Of a stretch of 64,000 bases of DNA, positions 12,263-21,774 are shown in pieces. Numbering within the stretch: position 1 is the first letter of the stretch; each line of letters opens with the position of its first letter. Source of the DNA: an uncultured Bacilli bacterium (GTDB taxonomy: Bacteria > Bacillota_I > Bacilli_A > RF39 > UBA660); assembly GCA_934101185.1 (NCBI GenBank), contig CAKOQD010000001.1, forward strand, positions 187,336 through 251,335, read 5' to 3'. The position numbers and the translations under genes are program-made. The notes under the pieces are model-generated. The model saw only the letters and a program-made list of their open reading frames with translations. It was not told the DNA's origin and made no database searches.

Positions 12263-13355
12263 CTACCTCCTTAAATACCCTTCAATAAACAAATCCAAAT
12301 CCCCATCTAAAACACCATTAACATTGCTAGTCTCAATATTAGTGCGATGATCCTTAACCATTGAATAAGGATGCATAACATAACTACGAATCTGAGAACC
12401 AAACTCAATATTCTTAACCTCACCCTTAAGAGCAAGACGTTCTTTTTCTTTTTCCTCCATTTCCAAAAGAACTAACTTAGATTTAAGAATTTGCATAGCC
12501 TTTTCCTTATTCTTCAACTGACTTCTTTCATTTTGACAAGAAACAACAGTTTTAGTAGGTAAATGCGTAATCCTAACAGCACTATCAGTAGTATTAACAC
12601 TTTGTCCACCAGCACCACTACTACGATAAACATCAATTTTTAAATCTTCATCCTTTATTTGAATATCAACCTTAGAATCAATCTCTGGAATAACATCAAC
12701 CGAAGCAAAAGACGTATGCCTTTTATTATTTGAATCAAAAGGAGAAAGACGAACCAATCTATGAACACCCTTTTCACACTTCAAATACCCATAAGCATTA
12801 AAACCAGTAACTAAAAAACTAACCCTTTTAATACCAGCTTCATCACCATCAAGAAGATCAATAACCTCAAGCTTATAACCCTTACTAGAACAATACCTTG
12901 TATACATTCTATAAAGCATATTACACCAATCACAAGCTTCAGTTCCACCAGCACCAGCATGAATCTCCACTATACAGTTAGAATGATCATATTCATGAGA
13001 AAATAGTACTTCCAACTCAATTTTTGAAACCAAAGAAGGTAGTTTTTCAACAAAAGAACAAATATCTTTATAAATATCTTCATCATATAAAGTACTTATC
13101 ATATCAATAAAATCAATATATGAACAAATATCATCCTTTAATGAAACAATTAAAGAAACACTCCTCTTCTTTCCATTAAGCTCATCAATAAGTTTTTGAG
13201 CACTAGATACATCATTCCAAAAATCACTAGAATTAACCTTCTCCTCCAAAGAAGAAATCTCATTTAATTTAGAATCAACGTCAAAGTAACCTCCATAATT
13301 CTTCAATCTTAGAAAGATTACTATTCAAAACAACTTTAAGTTCATTTAGTTCCAT
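12263..13355 (-). CDS. prfB: Peptide chain release factor 2, with a programmed +1 frameshift
   Basis: ORF0 (13355-13281) reads MELNELKVVLNSNLSKIEELWRLL and ends at an in-frame TGA within TGGAGGTTA CTT TGA C. The +1 frame continues DVDSKLNE... and includes SPF and GGQ (SGAGGQSVN). Confidence 0.93.
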
Positions 13356-13424
13356 ATCATATCACCTAAAAACATTATACAAAAAAAAAGAAAAAAGAAC
13401 AACAAAACCCATAAAAAAAAGATA

Positions 13425-13796
13425 TCATCTATAATAAATAATATCAAATATACCAAATATAATACATAAAACCGCATAAATAGATAAATCCATAATTGAT
13501 ATAAAATTGGATAATGCACCAATAAAAAGTAAACAACCAGATACCAAGAAAAACCTATTACTTTTATAACAAAACACCTTACAAACACTAGACAAAATAG
13601 ACAAAATACCAGGTATTAAAAACATAAAAACCTTATCATCATATCCATCAAAACTAAAACCATATACTAAAGAAACACCCATTATAAACATAATAATACC
13701 ACTTATAACAATATACTTATTAGAAAAAGACTTCCCACAATAAGGACAAATAACATCTTTTTTATTAATTTTCTTTCCACAAAACCTACAATACAT
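13425..13796 (-). CDS. Zinc-ribbon domain membrane protein (hypothetical)
   Basis: I trimmed the ORF to the ATG at 13796, preceded by GGAGG. The N-terminus has CRFCG...CPYCG followed by about four TM helices. Confidence 0.6.
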   Translation of the reverse strand: MYCRFCGKKINKKDVICPYCGKSFSNKYIVISGIIMFIMGVSLVYGFSFDGYDDKVFMFLIPGILSILSSVCKVFCYKSNRFFLVSGCLLFIGALSNFISIMDLSIYAVLCIIFGIFDIIYYR

Positions 13797-13901
13797 AAAA
13801 AACCTCCAAAAAAGTAATAACACACTTATTATAATCCAAATAAAAAGTCATAGCAACAAAAAAAGTTATTAACAACATTGTTAATAACTAATCAAAACAA
13901 A

Positions 13902-14933
13902 TCATTTATTCTCTATCATCTTTGTTTCATTTAACAATCTATCAAAATCTGATACATAACTTTTGTCCTGTATAATCCTATATTTTTCATATTCACTTTC
14001 TGCCTTTTTAACTGCCTGTTTATGAGATACCTTACCTTTTCCTTCTAAAACTTCATAATGGAAAACTTTTAAAGCATTTTCTACTTCATTTTTCCAATCC
14101 TCCATATACATTGTTATATTTCTTTCCGCATTATTTTCAGCAATATCTAAAAACAAATTAACTAAACTATTTAAACTCTTAATTTCTTTCTCATTTAAAT
14201 AATTCTTAGCAATAACTACATCAGATTTTAAAATCTTTCCATCGGGGGAATTTTCCCAAGTAGTAAGTCCCATATTATCTTTATTAGAATCAACCCTATT
14301 ATAAACTATCTCAACAGCAGTATTCCCCGTAATTGCATAATGAAACTTATTTTGAATAGTCTTATAAAAAGTAATTGCAATTTCACTATTTTTATCATAA
14401 TCAATAGAACATTCAGCAAATATGTCGGTAATTTTTTAATAAAACATTCTCTCACTTGTACGAATCAATTTAATTCTTTCAAGCAATCTTTCAAAATATT
14501 CTTGATCAGACTTCTTTGCTTTTAAAAATCTCTCATCATTTAAAGCAAAACCTTGAACCATATAATCTTTAATTATTTTATTTGCCCATGCTCTAAATCT
14601 AATCGCTTTTTTAGAATTAACCCTAAAACCAACAGAAATAATCACATCAAGATTGTAATATGAATAAACCCTTTTAACTTCACGAGTTCCTTCCATTTGA
14701 ACTTGTGCAATTTTTGCACAAGTTGCTTTTTCAGATAATTCTTCATCTTTATAAATATTATTAATATGTCTTACAATTCCATTTCTATCAATATTAAAAA
14801 GCGTTGCTAATGCTTCTGTATTTAACCATACATCCTCATTTTCTAATAATACTTCTACCTTAGTATTACCTTCTTCATCATTATAAAATAAAATATTTCT
14901 TTCACTACCAATCAATCTATCTTTCATATTCAT
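13902..14933 (-). pseudogene. rhuM: RhuM-family virulence-associated protein gene interrupted by one in-frame TAA
   Basis: ORFs 14436-14933 and 13902-14273 are in the same frame. The sequence across the stop reads ...RTSERMFY*KITDIFAECSIDYD..., which is continuous RhuM-like sequence. The TAA at 14438-14436 sits where RhuM-family proteins, from my recollection, have a Gln (CAA). Confidence 0.75.
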
Positions 14934-15063
14934 CCCTCCTTATCCAAATAATTTAATTGATTTATGATAATTATTATACCATTATTAAAATTATTGAACA
15001 ATCATTTTCACTCCTAAAAACAATAGTCGTTTTTTAATAATATAAAAACTAAAAGAAATATAA

Positions 15064-15098
15064 AAGAAAAAAATGTCAACAAACTTTTGTCGACATTT
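15064..15098 (-). terminator. Rho-independent terminator following the SEC-C remnant
   Basis: On the minus strand a hairpin (15071-15098, AAAUGUCGACAAA/UUUGUUGACAUUU with one G-U pair) is followed by a U-rich run. Confidence 0.55.
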
Positions 15099-15108
15099 TA
15101 ATTTATTT

Positions 15109-15213
15109 TTATTTACCACAACATTGTTTATATTTACGTCCTGAGCCACAAGGTAATAATTTAAAACAACCAGGTAATTTTTTCCTTTTAAATTGGTATT
15201 TTTTATTTATAAT
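15109..15213 (-). pseudogene. SEC-C metal-binding motif remnant (start-less fragment resembling the secA 3' end)
   Basis: I translated this by hand as IINKKYQFKRKKLPGCFKLLPCGSGRKYKQCCGK*. There is no start codon or RBS. About 36 of 45 nt match the secA 3' end at 15771-15815. Confidence 0.6.
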
Positions 15214-15288
15214 TTATAATTTTTACTCAATAATTGCAAGTTTTTATTCAACAACTTATCTAAAAAAATTGATTTATTGCATTTTTAA

Positions 15289-15624
15289 TTACAATGATTT
15301 TTGATCTTTAGTAGCATAACATTTATCCAATTCAGATAATTCACTATCAATTAGAGCTTTAAGATATTGTACTTTTTCATTATCACCTAATTTAGTGCAT
15401 TCAACTAATCCACCAAAATCATAATAAATTTTTTTCTCTAATCTTTCCTCTTTTGACACATGCAATAATTCTTCAAGCGACCAATCTTTAACAAATTTTT
15501 CACACAAATCTTTAGTCATTGATACACCATCATCAAAATAGCCTCTACATATATCATGATATTTTTCCATTTCTTCAGCTGATGTAAATCCTAATTTAGC
15601 AGCAATTAAATCTTTATCATCCAT
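15289..15624 (-). CDS. Hypothetical protein (111 aa)
   Basis: This is an intact ORF with a strong RBS (AGGAGGAATAATT ATG). I do not recognise any family. Confidence 0.55.
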   Translation of the reverse strand: MDDKDLIAAKLGFTSAEEMEKYHDICRGYFDDGVSMTKDLCEKFVKDWSLEELLHVSKEERLEKKIYYDFGGLVECTKLGDNEKVQYLKALIDSELSELDKCYATKDQKSL

Positions 15625-15770
15625 AATTATTCCTCCTAATATTATTATACCATAAATAGTTAAAAAAACTTATCTAAAACTTATCTAAACGCCTTTTTTG
15701 ATATAAAATTACCTAAAAATTGTAAGTAGTAAAAAGTTCGCTAGCCATTTATTTATAAGGCTTTGTGAGC

Positions 15771-18266
15771 TTATTTACCGTGACATTGTTTATACTTGCG
15801 TCCACTGCCACACGGACACAATTGATTCCTACCAACTTTATTAACTCTCTTAGTATGACCCTTTTGAGTATCATCAGTAATATTAGTAGTCTTATTCTTT
15901 ATTGTTTCTTTTCTTTCAATATTTTGTCTAATCTCTGCTCTTAAAAGATACAAAGTAATAAACTTATCAATATTAGAAAGCATTTCATCAAACAACTCAA
16001 ATCCTTCTTCAGTATAAGCCCTAAGTGGATTATCTTGAGCATATTGTCTTAAAAATATACCTTCTTTTAAATGAGACATAGTATTGATTTGTTCCATCCA
16101 ATACTTATCAATAACATTTAAACTAATAACCTTTTCAAACTCATTAGCAATTTCAGATGGAATATCCTTAATCTTATCTTCATATTCCTTAACAACAACA
16201 TCATAAATAGTCTTAATAACACTATCAACATCATTCAAATCAAGAGATTGTTTATTAATACCAGTTCTAAGTAAATTAGAATTAACATATTCCAATACTT
16301 CATCCAAATCACTATCACTTAACTTATCATTTTGATCCAAATGCGCTTCAACAACATCAGCAATATGATTATACATAGACTTAAGAACCTCATCATGAAT
16401 ACTATCCTTATCCAAAATTTCATTTCTCTTATTATAAATCATTTCCCTTTGCTTATTCATAACATCATCATATTGAAGAACACTCTTTCTCATATCAAAG
16501 TTATTACCTTCAACTCTTTTTTGAGCAGACTTAACTGAATTAGAGAAAACCTTACTTCTTATAGCAAGACCATCATCTACACCCATACTTTCTAGTATAT
16601 TTTTAATCTTTTCAGAACCAAATCTAGTCATTAAATCATCATCCATAGCTATATAAAATTGTGAATAACCAGGATCACCTTGTCTACCAGAACGTCCACG
16701 TAATTGGTTATCAATACGACGAGACTCATGCCTTTCAGTACCAATTACACAAAGACCACCAAGTTCCTTTACGCCTTCACCAAGCTTAATATCCGTACCA
16801 CGTCCAGCCATATTAGTAGCAATAGTAACAGAACCCTTTTCACCAGCCTTAGCAATAATTTCAGCTTCACGAGCATGATTCTTAGCATTCAAAACTTCAT
16901 GAGGAATATTTCTCTTCTTTAACAAATCACTAATTTCCTCACTAACTTCAATAGCAATAGTACCCACTAACACAGGTTGCCCAGTCTTATGTCTTTTTTC
17001 AATCTCATCAACTATTGCTTTAAACTTAGACTTTTTACTAGCAAAAATTAAATCAGCCATATCATCTCTAATAACTTTCTTATTAGTAGGCACACTTATA
17101 ACATACATATTATAAATATTTCTAAACTCTTCTTCCTCAGTTTTAGCAGTACCAGTCATTCCAGAAAGCTTTTTATACATTCTAAATAAATTTTGGAACG
17201 TAATAGTAGCAAGAGTCTTAGTTTCTTGTTCTATTTCAACGCCTTCCTTAGCTTCAATTGCTTGATGAAGACCATCACTAAATGCTCTACCAGGCATTAA
17301 ACGACCAGTAAATTGATCAACAATTACAATCTTACCATCTTGTACAACATAATCAAAATCCTTCTTCATTGAATAATTTGCATGAAGTGCTTGATTAATA
17401 AAATGTACCAAAGTAGCATTATCCAAATCATATAAATTATTAAGTTTAAAATACTCTTCAGCTTCCTTTACACCATCATCAGTAAGACTAACTCTTTTTA
17501 ATTTAGCATCATAAGTATATGATTTATCCTTCTTTAAACGCTTAGCAAACTTATCAGCTTCCAAGTAAAGATTCTTACTTTCAAGAAATCCCCCAGATAT
17601 AATAAGAGGAGTCCTAGCCTCATCAATTAAAACAGAATCCACTTCATCAATTATTGCATAATTTAATCCTCTTTGAAGTACTCTATCTTCCTTTCTAATA
17701 GCCATATTATCTCTTAAATAATCAAATCCAATTTCATTATTAGTAGAATATAAAATATCACAATCATACTGAGCTCTTTTTTCCGCAGGATTTAAATCCC
17801 TTAAATTAAGACCCACTGTAATACCTAAAAAATTATGAATTTGTCCCATCCATTCTGCATCACGAGTAGCAAGATATTCATTAACAGTAATAATATGAAC
17901 ACCTTCCCCTCCTAAAGCATTAAGATAAGCAGGAAGTACTGAAGTAAGAGTTTTACCTTCCCCAGTTTTCATCTCAGCAATATTACCATAATGAAGTGCA
18001 AGTCCCCCAATCAATTGAACATGATAAGGTTTTTCACCAATTACTCTAAAACATGCCTCTCTAGCAGTAGCAAAAGCTTCAACCTTAATATCTTCTAAAG
18101 TTTCACCATCACTAAGTCTTTTCTTAAATTCTACAGTTTTATTTTTTAATTCTTCATCACTTAATTTTTGATACTCTTCATCAAGTGCTTCGATTTGATT
18201 TGCAATTTTCTCAAATCTTCTTAGTTCTTTGTATTCATGATCTATCATCTTTTTTAAAATCGCCAT
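15771..18266 (-). CDS. secA: Preprotein translocase ATPase SecA
   Basis: The 831-aa product has SecA DEAD-motor motifs (MKTGEGKT, DEVDSVLIDEARTPLIISG) and a C-terminal SEC-C zinc motif (CPCGSGRKYKQCHGK). Confidence 0.98.
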   Translation of the reverse strand: MAILKKMIDHEYKELRRFEKIANQIEALDEEYQKLSDEELKNKTVEFKKRLSDGETLEDIKVEAFATAREACFRVIGEKPYHVQLIGGLALHYGNIAEMKTGEGKTLTSVLPAYLNALGGEGVHIITVNEYLATRDAEWMGQIHNFLGITVGLNLRDLNPAEKRAQYDCDILYSTNNEIGFDYLRDNMAIRKEDRVLQRGLNYAIIDEVDSVLIDEARTPLIISGGFLESKNLYLEADKFAKRLKKDKSYTYDAKLKRVSLTDDGVKEAEEYFKLNNLYDLDNATLVHFINQALHANYSMKKDFDYVVQDGKIVIVDQFTGRLMPGRAFSDGLHQAIEAKEGVEIEQETKTLATITFQNLFRMYKKLSGMTGTAKTEEEEFRNIYNMYVISVPTNKKVIRDDMADLIFASKKSKFKAIVDEIEKRHKTGQPVLVGTIAIEVSEEISDLLKKRNIPHEVLNAKNHAREAEIIAKAGEKGSVTIATNMAGRGTDIKLGEGVKELGGLCVIGTERHESRRIDNQLRGRSGRQGDPGYSQFYIAMDDDLMTRFGSEKIKNILESMGVDDGLAIRSKVFSNSVKSAQKRVEGNNFDMRKSVLQYDDVMNKQREMIYNKRNEILDKDSIHDEVLKSMYNHIADVVEAHLDQNDKLSDSDLDEVLEYVNSNLLRTGINKQSLDLNDVDSVIKTIYDVVVKEYEDKIKDIPSEIANEFEKVISLNVIDKYWMEQINTMSHLKEGIFLRQYAQDNPLRAYTEEGFELFDEMLSNIDKFITLYLLRAEIRQNIERKETIKNKTTNITDDTQKGHTKRVNKVGRNQLCPCGSGRKYKQCHGK

Positions 18267-18359
18267 GTTAATCCCTCCAACAAATATTTTACAACAAATA
18301 AAAAAAAAAAGAAAGCATTTGCCCTATTTTTCGTATATTTAAGCAATTTTTCTTAAATA

Positions 18360-18884
18360 TTAAAAATATTTATCAAACAATTCTTTCACAAAAACCTTAT
18401 ACTCTATATCAGAATTCTCTTCAACCTCAAGCGAACAAATCGGAGGAAACATCACACACCACCAATTATCACCCATTCCACTTCCAAGTTTTATAACAAG
18501 AGATTCATAATTTCCACTTTCATACTTTACACCCTTATATTCTTTTTCAGGAAAATAATTACTACCATAATTAATTGAAAGCTTATCACTATATGCATTA
18601 TCAACTAGATAAGAAGATATCATAGAATCATACTTATTTAGATTATCCTTAATTATAGAACGAGACTCATTTAAAGAAGAGCTATTACTAAGATCTTCCT
18701 CAATTACAGGTTCAATAAGTTTTTTAACTTTAATCTTAATATATTGATCATCAAAACTATCACTATTTGCAATAATTCTAATCCTAATAGATTCATCTGG
18801 TATAACATAATAATTAGAATCATATTTATCAATATAAATAACAAGAATTAAAAACAAAATAAATATAATAAAAAACCTTTTCAT
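18360..18884 (-). CDS. spoIIR: Stage II sporulation protein R
   Basis: The protein has a signal or anchor segment followed by IRIRIIANSDS...GDNWWCVMFPPIC, which is characteristic of SpoIIR. The ATG at 18884 follows AGGTGA. Confidence 0.85.
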   Translation of the reverse strand: MKRFFIIFILFLILVIYIDKYDSNYYVIPDESIRIRIIANSDSFDDQYIKIKVKKLIEPVIEEDLSNSSSLNESRSIIKDNLNKYDSMISSYLVDNAYSDKLSINYGSNYFPEKEYKGVKYESGNYESLVIKLGSGMGDNWWCVMFPPICSLEVEENSDIEYKVFVKELFDKYF

Positions 18885-18924
18885 AAATATCACCTATAAA
18901 CATAATGATACAAACTAAAAAGAT

Positions 18925-19737
18925 TTATTCATTTATTATAAAAATATACCTATTAAATCCATTTAAATCATTCTTTTTAATAACTTTAGCATCAGGAAAA
19001 TAACTAAGAGCCATTTCTTCAATTAAATCATTCTGATCTTCACCCGTCTCAAAACAAATAATATTTTTATCATTAACAATCCTTTTTATATCACTAAAAA
19101 TCCTACGATAAAACAAAAGCCCATCATCCCCACCAAACAAAGCAAGATGAGGCTCATATTTTAAAACATTCTCTGAAACACATAAAGAATCATTCCTAAT
19201 ATATGGAGGATTACTTATAATAACATCAAACTTATCATCAATCGAAGAATACAAATCAGTATGAACAAATCTAACCAAAGACTTCTTATCATTACTTTTA
19301 GCAACCCTAAGAGCCTTACGAGATATATCAGTAGCAAAAACAGTATACTTACAACTAAGCTCAGCCAAAGTAATTGCAATAACACCACTACCAGTACCAA
19401 TATCAAGTATTTTAACATCCGATGAAAAATACTCATCAATAAGATCCTTAACATCACTAACCAAATATTCAGTCTCAACTCTAGGAATCAAAGTATTCTT
19501 ATTGACATCAAACCATCTATTATAAAAATAAGCTTTACCCGAGATATATTGAATAGGAACACCACGAACTAATCTTTTTACAACATATAAATATTTAACA
19601 TAATCACAAAAAGATAACTCCTTATCCAAAGACAAAGAAACATCAATCAAAGATAAAGACAAAACTTGCCCTAAAGCAAGTTTCTTCTTTTCTATATCAA
19701 TTCCATCATGTCTTTTCAAAACATCATTAATCTTCAT
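18925..19737 (-). CDS. prmC: Release factor glutamine N5-methyltransferase
   Basis: The protein has DIGTGSG and NPPY motifs and lies directly downstream of, and overlapping, prfA. Confidence 0.9.
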   Translation of the reverse strand: MKINDVLKRHDGIDIEKKKLALGQVLSLSLIDVSLSLDKELSFCDYVKYLYVVKRLVRGVPIQYISGKAYFYNRWFDVNKNTLIPRVETEYLVSDVKDLIDEYFSSDVKILDIGTGSGVIAITLAELSCKYTVFATDISRKALRVAKSNDKKSLVRFVHTDLYSSIDDKFDVIISNPPYIRNDSLCVSENVLKYEPHLALFGGDDGLLFYRRIFSDIKRIVNDKNIICFETGEDQNDLIEEMALSYFPDAKVIKKNDLNGFNRYIFIINE

Positions 19738-20788
19738 CTTGAGCCAACTTCCTCTTTTGATCCTCATTAATTAAAGCCTCAACAACATCACCAAGGTCCC
19801 CTTCCATAATTCTATCAAGCTTATTAAGAGTAAGACCTATTCTATGATCAGTAACCCTATTTTGAGGATAATTATAAGTCCTAATCTTTTCAGATCTATC
19901 CCCAGTTCCTATTTTACTCCTTCTAGCATTACCTTGTTCTTCCTCTTGCTTTCTAATTGTTTCTTCATAAATCTTAGCCTTTAATATTTGTAAAGCCTTT
20001 TCTTTATTTTGCAATTGACTTCTTTCATTCTGACAAGTAACAACAATACCAGTAGGCAAATGAGTCATCCTAACAGCACTATCAGTAGTATTAACACTTT
20101 GTCCACCAGCACCACCACTTCGATATACATCAACCTTTATATCAGAATCTTTAACCTCTATTTCTAAATCCTCCTGCTCAGGCATAACCACCACAGTAGC
20201 AGTACTAGTATGAACCCTTCCCTGAGACTCAGTAACAGGAATCCTTTGCACTCTATGAGCACCACTCTCATACTTAAGCTTTGAATAAGCACCATCGCCC
20301 TTAATCATAAACTCAATTTGAGAAAAACCTCCATTCGTACCATCTTCTGCATTTAAAACCTCTATTTTATAACCAAGCGAATCAGCATACTTTTGATACA
20401 TACGGAAAAGATCACCCGCAAAAATATTTGCTTCATCTCCACCAGCAGCACCACGTATTTCCATTATAACATTCTTACTGTCATTTTCATCCTTTGGTAA
20501 AAGAAGTATCTCAAGTTTACCTTCAAGTTCTTCCTTTTCTTTATATAAACCTTCAAGTTCTTCTTTTGCCATATCTTTAAGCTCACTATCTTTAAGCAAT
20601 TCTTCATCATCACTAATACCAGTAAGAACATCCTTATATCTACGATAAAAAGTAACAACTTCCTCTAAAGAACTATGTTCCTTAGATAACTTAGTAAGCA
20701 TATTAATATCAGATATAACCTCAGGCTTAACAAGCTCTAAATCAAGTTCCTCATACTTTTTTAATATATTTTCCAATCTATCTATCAT
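19727..20788 (-). CDS. prfA: Peptide chain release factor 1
   Basis: The 353-aa product has a PVT tripeptide (RIPVTESQGR) and GGQ (SGGAGGQSVN). Confidence 0.97.
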   Translation of the reverse strand: MIDRLENILKKYEELDLELVKPEVISDINMLTKLSKEHSSLEEVVTFYRRYKDVLTGISDDEELLKDSELKDMAKEELEGLYKEKEELEGKLEILLLPKDENDSKNVIMEIRGAAGGDEANIFAGDLFRMYQKYADSLGYKIEVLNAEDGTNGGFSQIEFMIKGDGAYSKLKYESGAHRVQRIPVTESQGRVHTSTATVVVMPEQEDLEIEVKDSDIKVDVYRSGGAGGQSVNTTDSAVRMTHLPTGIVVTCQNERSQLQNKEKALQILKAKIYEETIRKQEEEQGNARRSKIGTGDRSEKIRTYNYPQNRVTDHRIGLTLNKLDRIMEGDLGDVVEALINEDQKRKLAQDED

Positions 20789-20802
20789 TATATCACCACT
20801 AA

Positions 20803-21240
20803 TTATTGTTCATTATCCAAATCTTCTTCATCAACAATTACAAGATTCTTATAATCCTCAGTAATATCAGATATATCATCATCTGTTTCTTCATCAAACA
20901 CATCATCTTCTTCATAAGATTCATAATCATCATATAAATCATCAGAATCCTCATCATCATATAAATCAAAATCTTCATCCAATAAAACATTAGATTTATG
21001 ATTCTTTCTAAGATCCCAAGTACCATCCTCTAATAAAATAAACCTTTTATCATTAGACATCGAAGTATAAAAATCTCCAATTTTACTTTCATAAGTCGAA
21101 GAAGACAACTCTAATAAATCAACAATTTTCTTAAATAAAACTGCAGTATTCAAATTACTCTCTTCATTAAGTAACAAATCAGCAATATCATTATAAGACA
21201 TAACCTCTAATTCTTCTTTACTTAGTTTATTCACTTTCAT
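20803..21240 (-). CDS. rpoE: RNA polymerase delta subunit
   Basis: It has a HARE-HTH-like N-terminal domain (MSYNDIADLLL...DGTWDLR) and a long Asp/Glu-rich tail. I trimmed the ORF to the ATG at 21240. Confidence 0.85.
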   Translation of the reverse strand: MKVNKLSKEELEVMSYNDIADLLLNEESNLNTAVLFKKIVDLLELSSSTYESKIGDFYTSMSNDKRFILLEDGTWDLRKNHKSNVLLDEDFDLYDDEDSDDLYDDYESYEEDDVFDEETDDDISDITEDYKNLVIVDEEDLDNEQ

Positions 21241-21325
21241 ATCGATACATCCTTTCAAATTATTATTCAAAATATTATATGTATTTAACACTCATGTGCA
21301 TCCACTACATATTTATACATTAAAA

Positions 21326-21676
21326 TTAATTATTTTGCAAGCATTTTTTACAAGTTTTATACATAATTAATAAATTATACAATTTTTCATCAATCAAATA
21401 CTCAATTTCTATTCTATTATTATCACAAGAATAACTTTTCAACACTATATTGTTAATAAAACATCCATCAAACTCTTTTAAACTAACATTCATCTCACAC
21501 TTTTCAAAATCAATAGTTATAACAGAAGAAATATCTTCCTTTATTAATAATTTCTTGTTAATATCATAATCAATTTTCAAAGAATCCTTAAAACAACTAA
21601 TAACACCATCAGAAATTATACCAACAGTACTTATTTTATAATCATTTACACATATATATACATTAATTTTATCCAT
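21326..21676 (-). CDS. Hypothetical protein (116 aa)
   Basis: This is an intact ORF in the correct orientation. I do not recognise any family. Confidence 0.5.
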   Translation of the reverse strand: MDKINVYICVNDYKISTVGIISDGVISCFKDSLKIDYDINKKLLIKEDISSVITIDFEKCEMNVSLKEFDGCFINNIVLKSYSCDNNRIEIEYLIDEKLYNLLIMYKTCKKCLQNN

Positions 21677-21774
21677 AAAAACCTCTTTTCGATAAGATTA
21701 TAATATTAATTTGTTAAAAAGTACATATTTTTCATAGATTTTTTCAAACTATTAAAGAGAAAATAGGTGAAAAA

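Noticed and set aside
13356-15770. Is this an intact mobile element or prophage between secA and prfB?
   Set aside because: I could not recognise an integrase, transposase, recombinase, terminal inverted repeats or phage structural genes. Only remnants are present (the rhuM pseudogene and the SEC-C fragment), so I call it a decayed islet and not a mobile_element feature.
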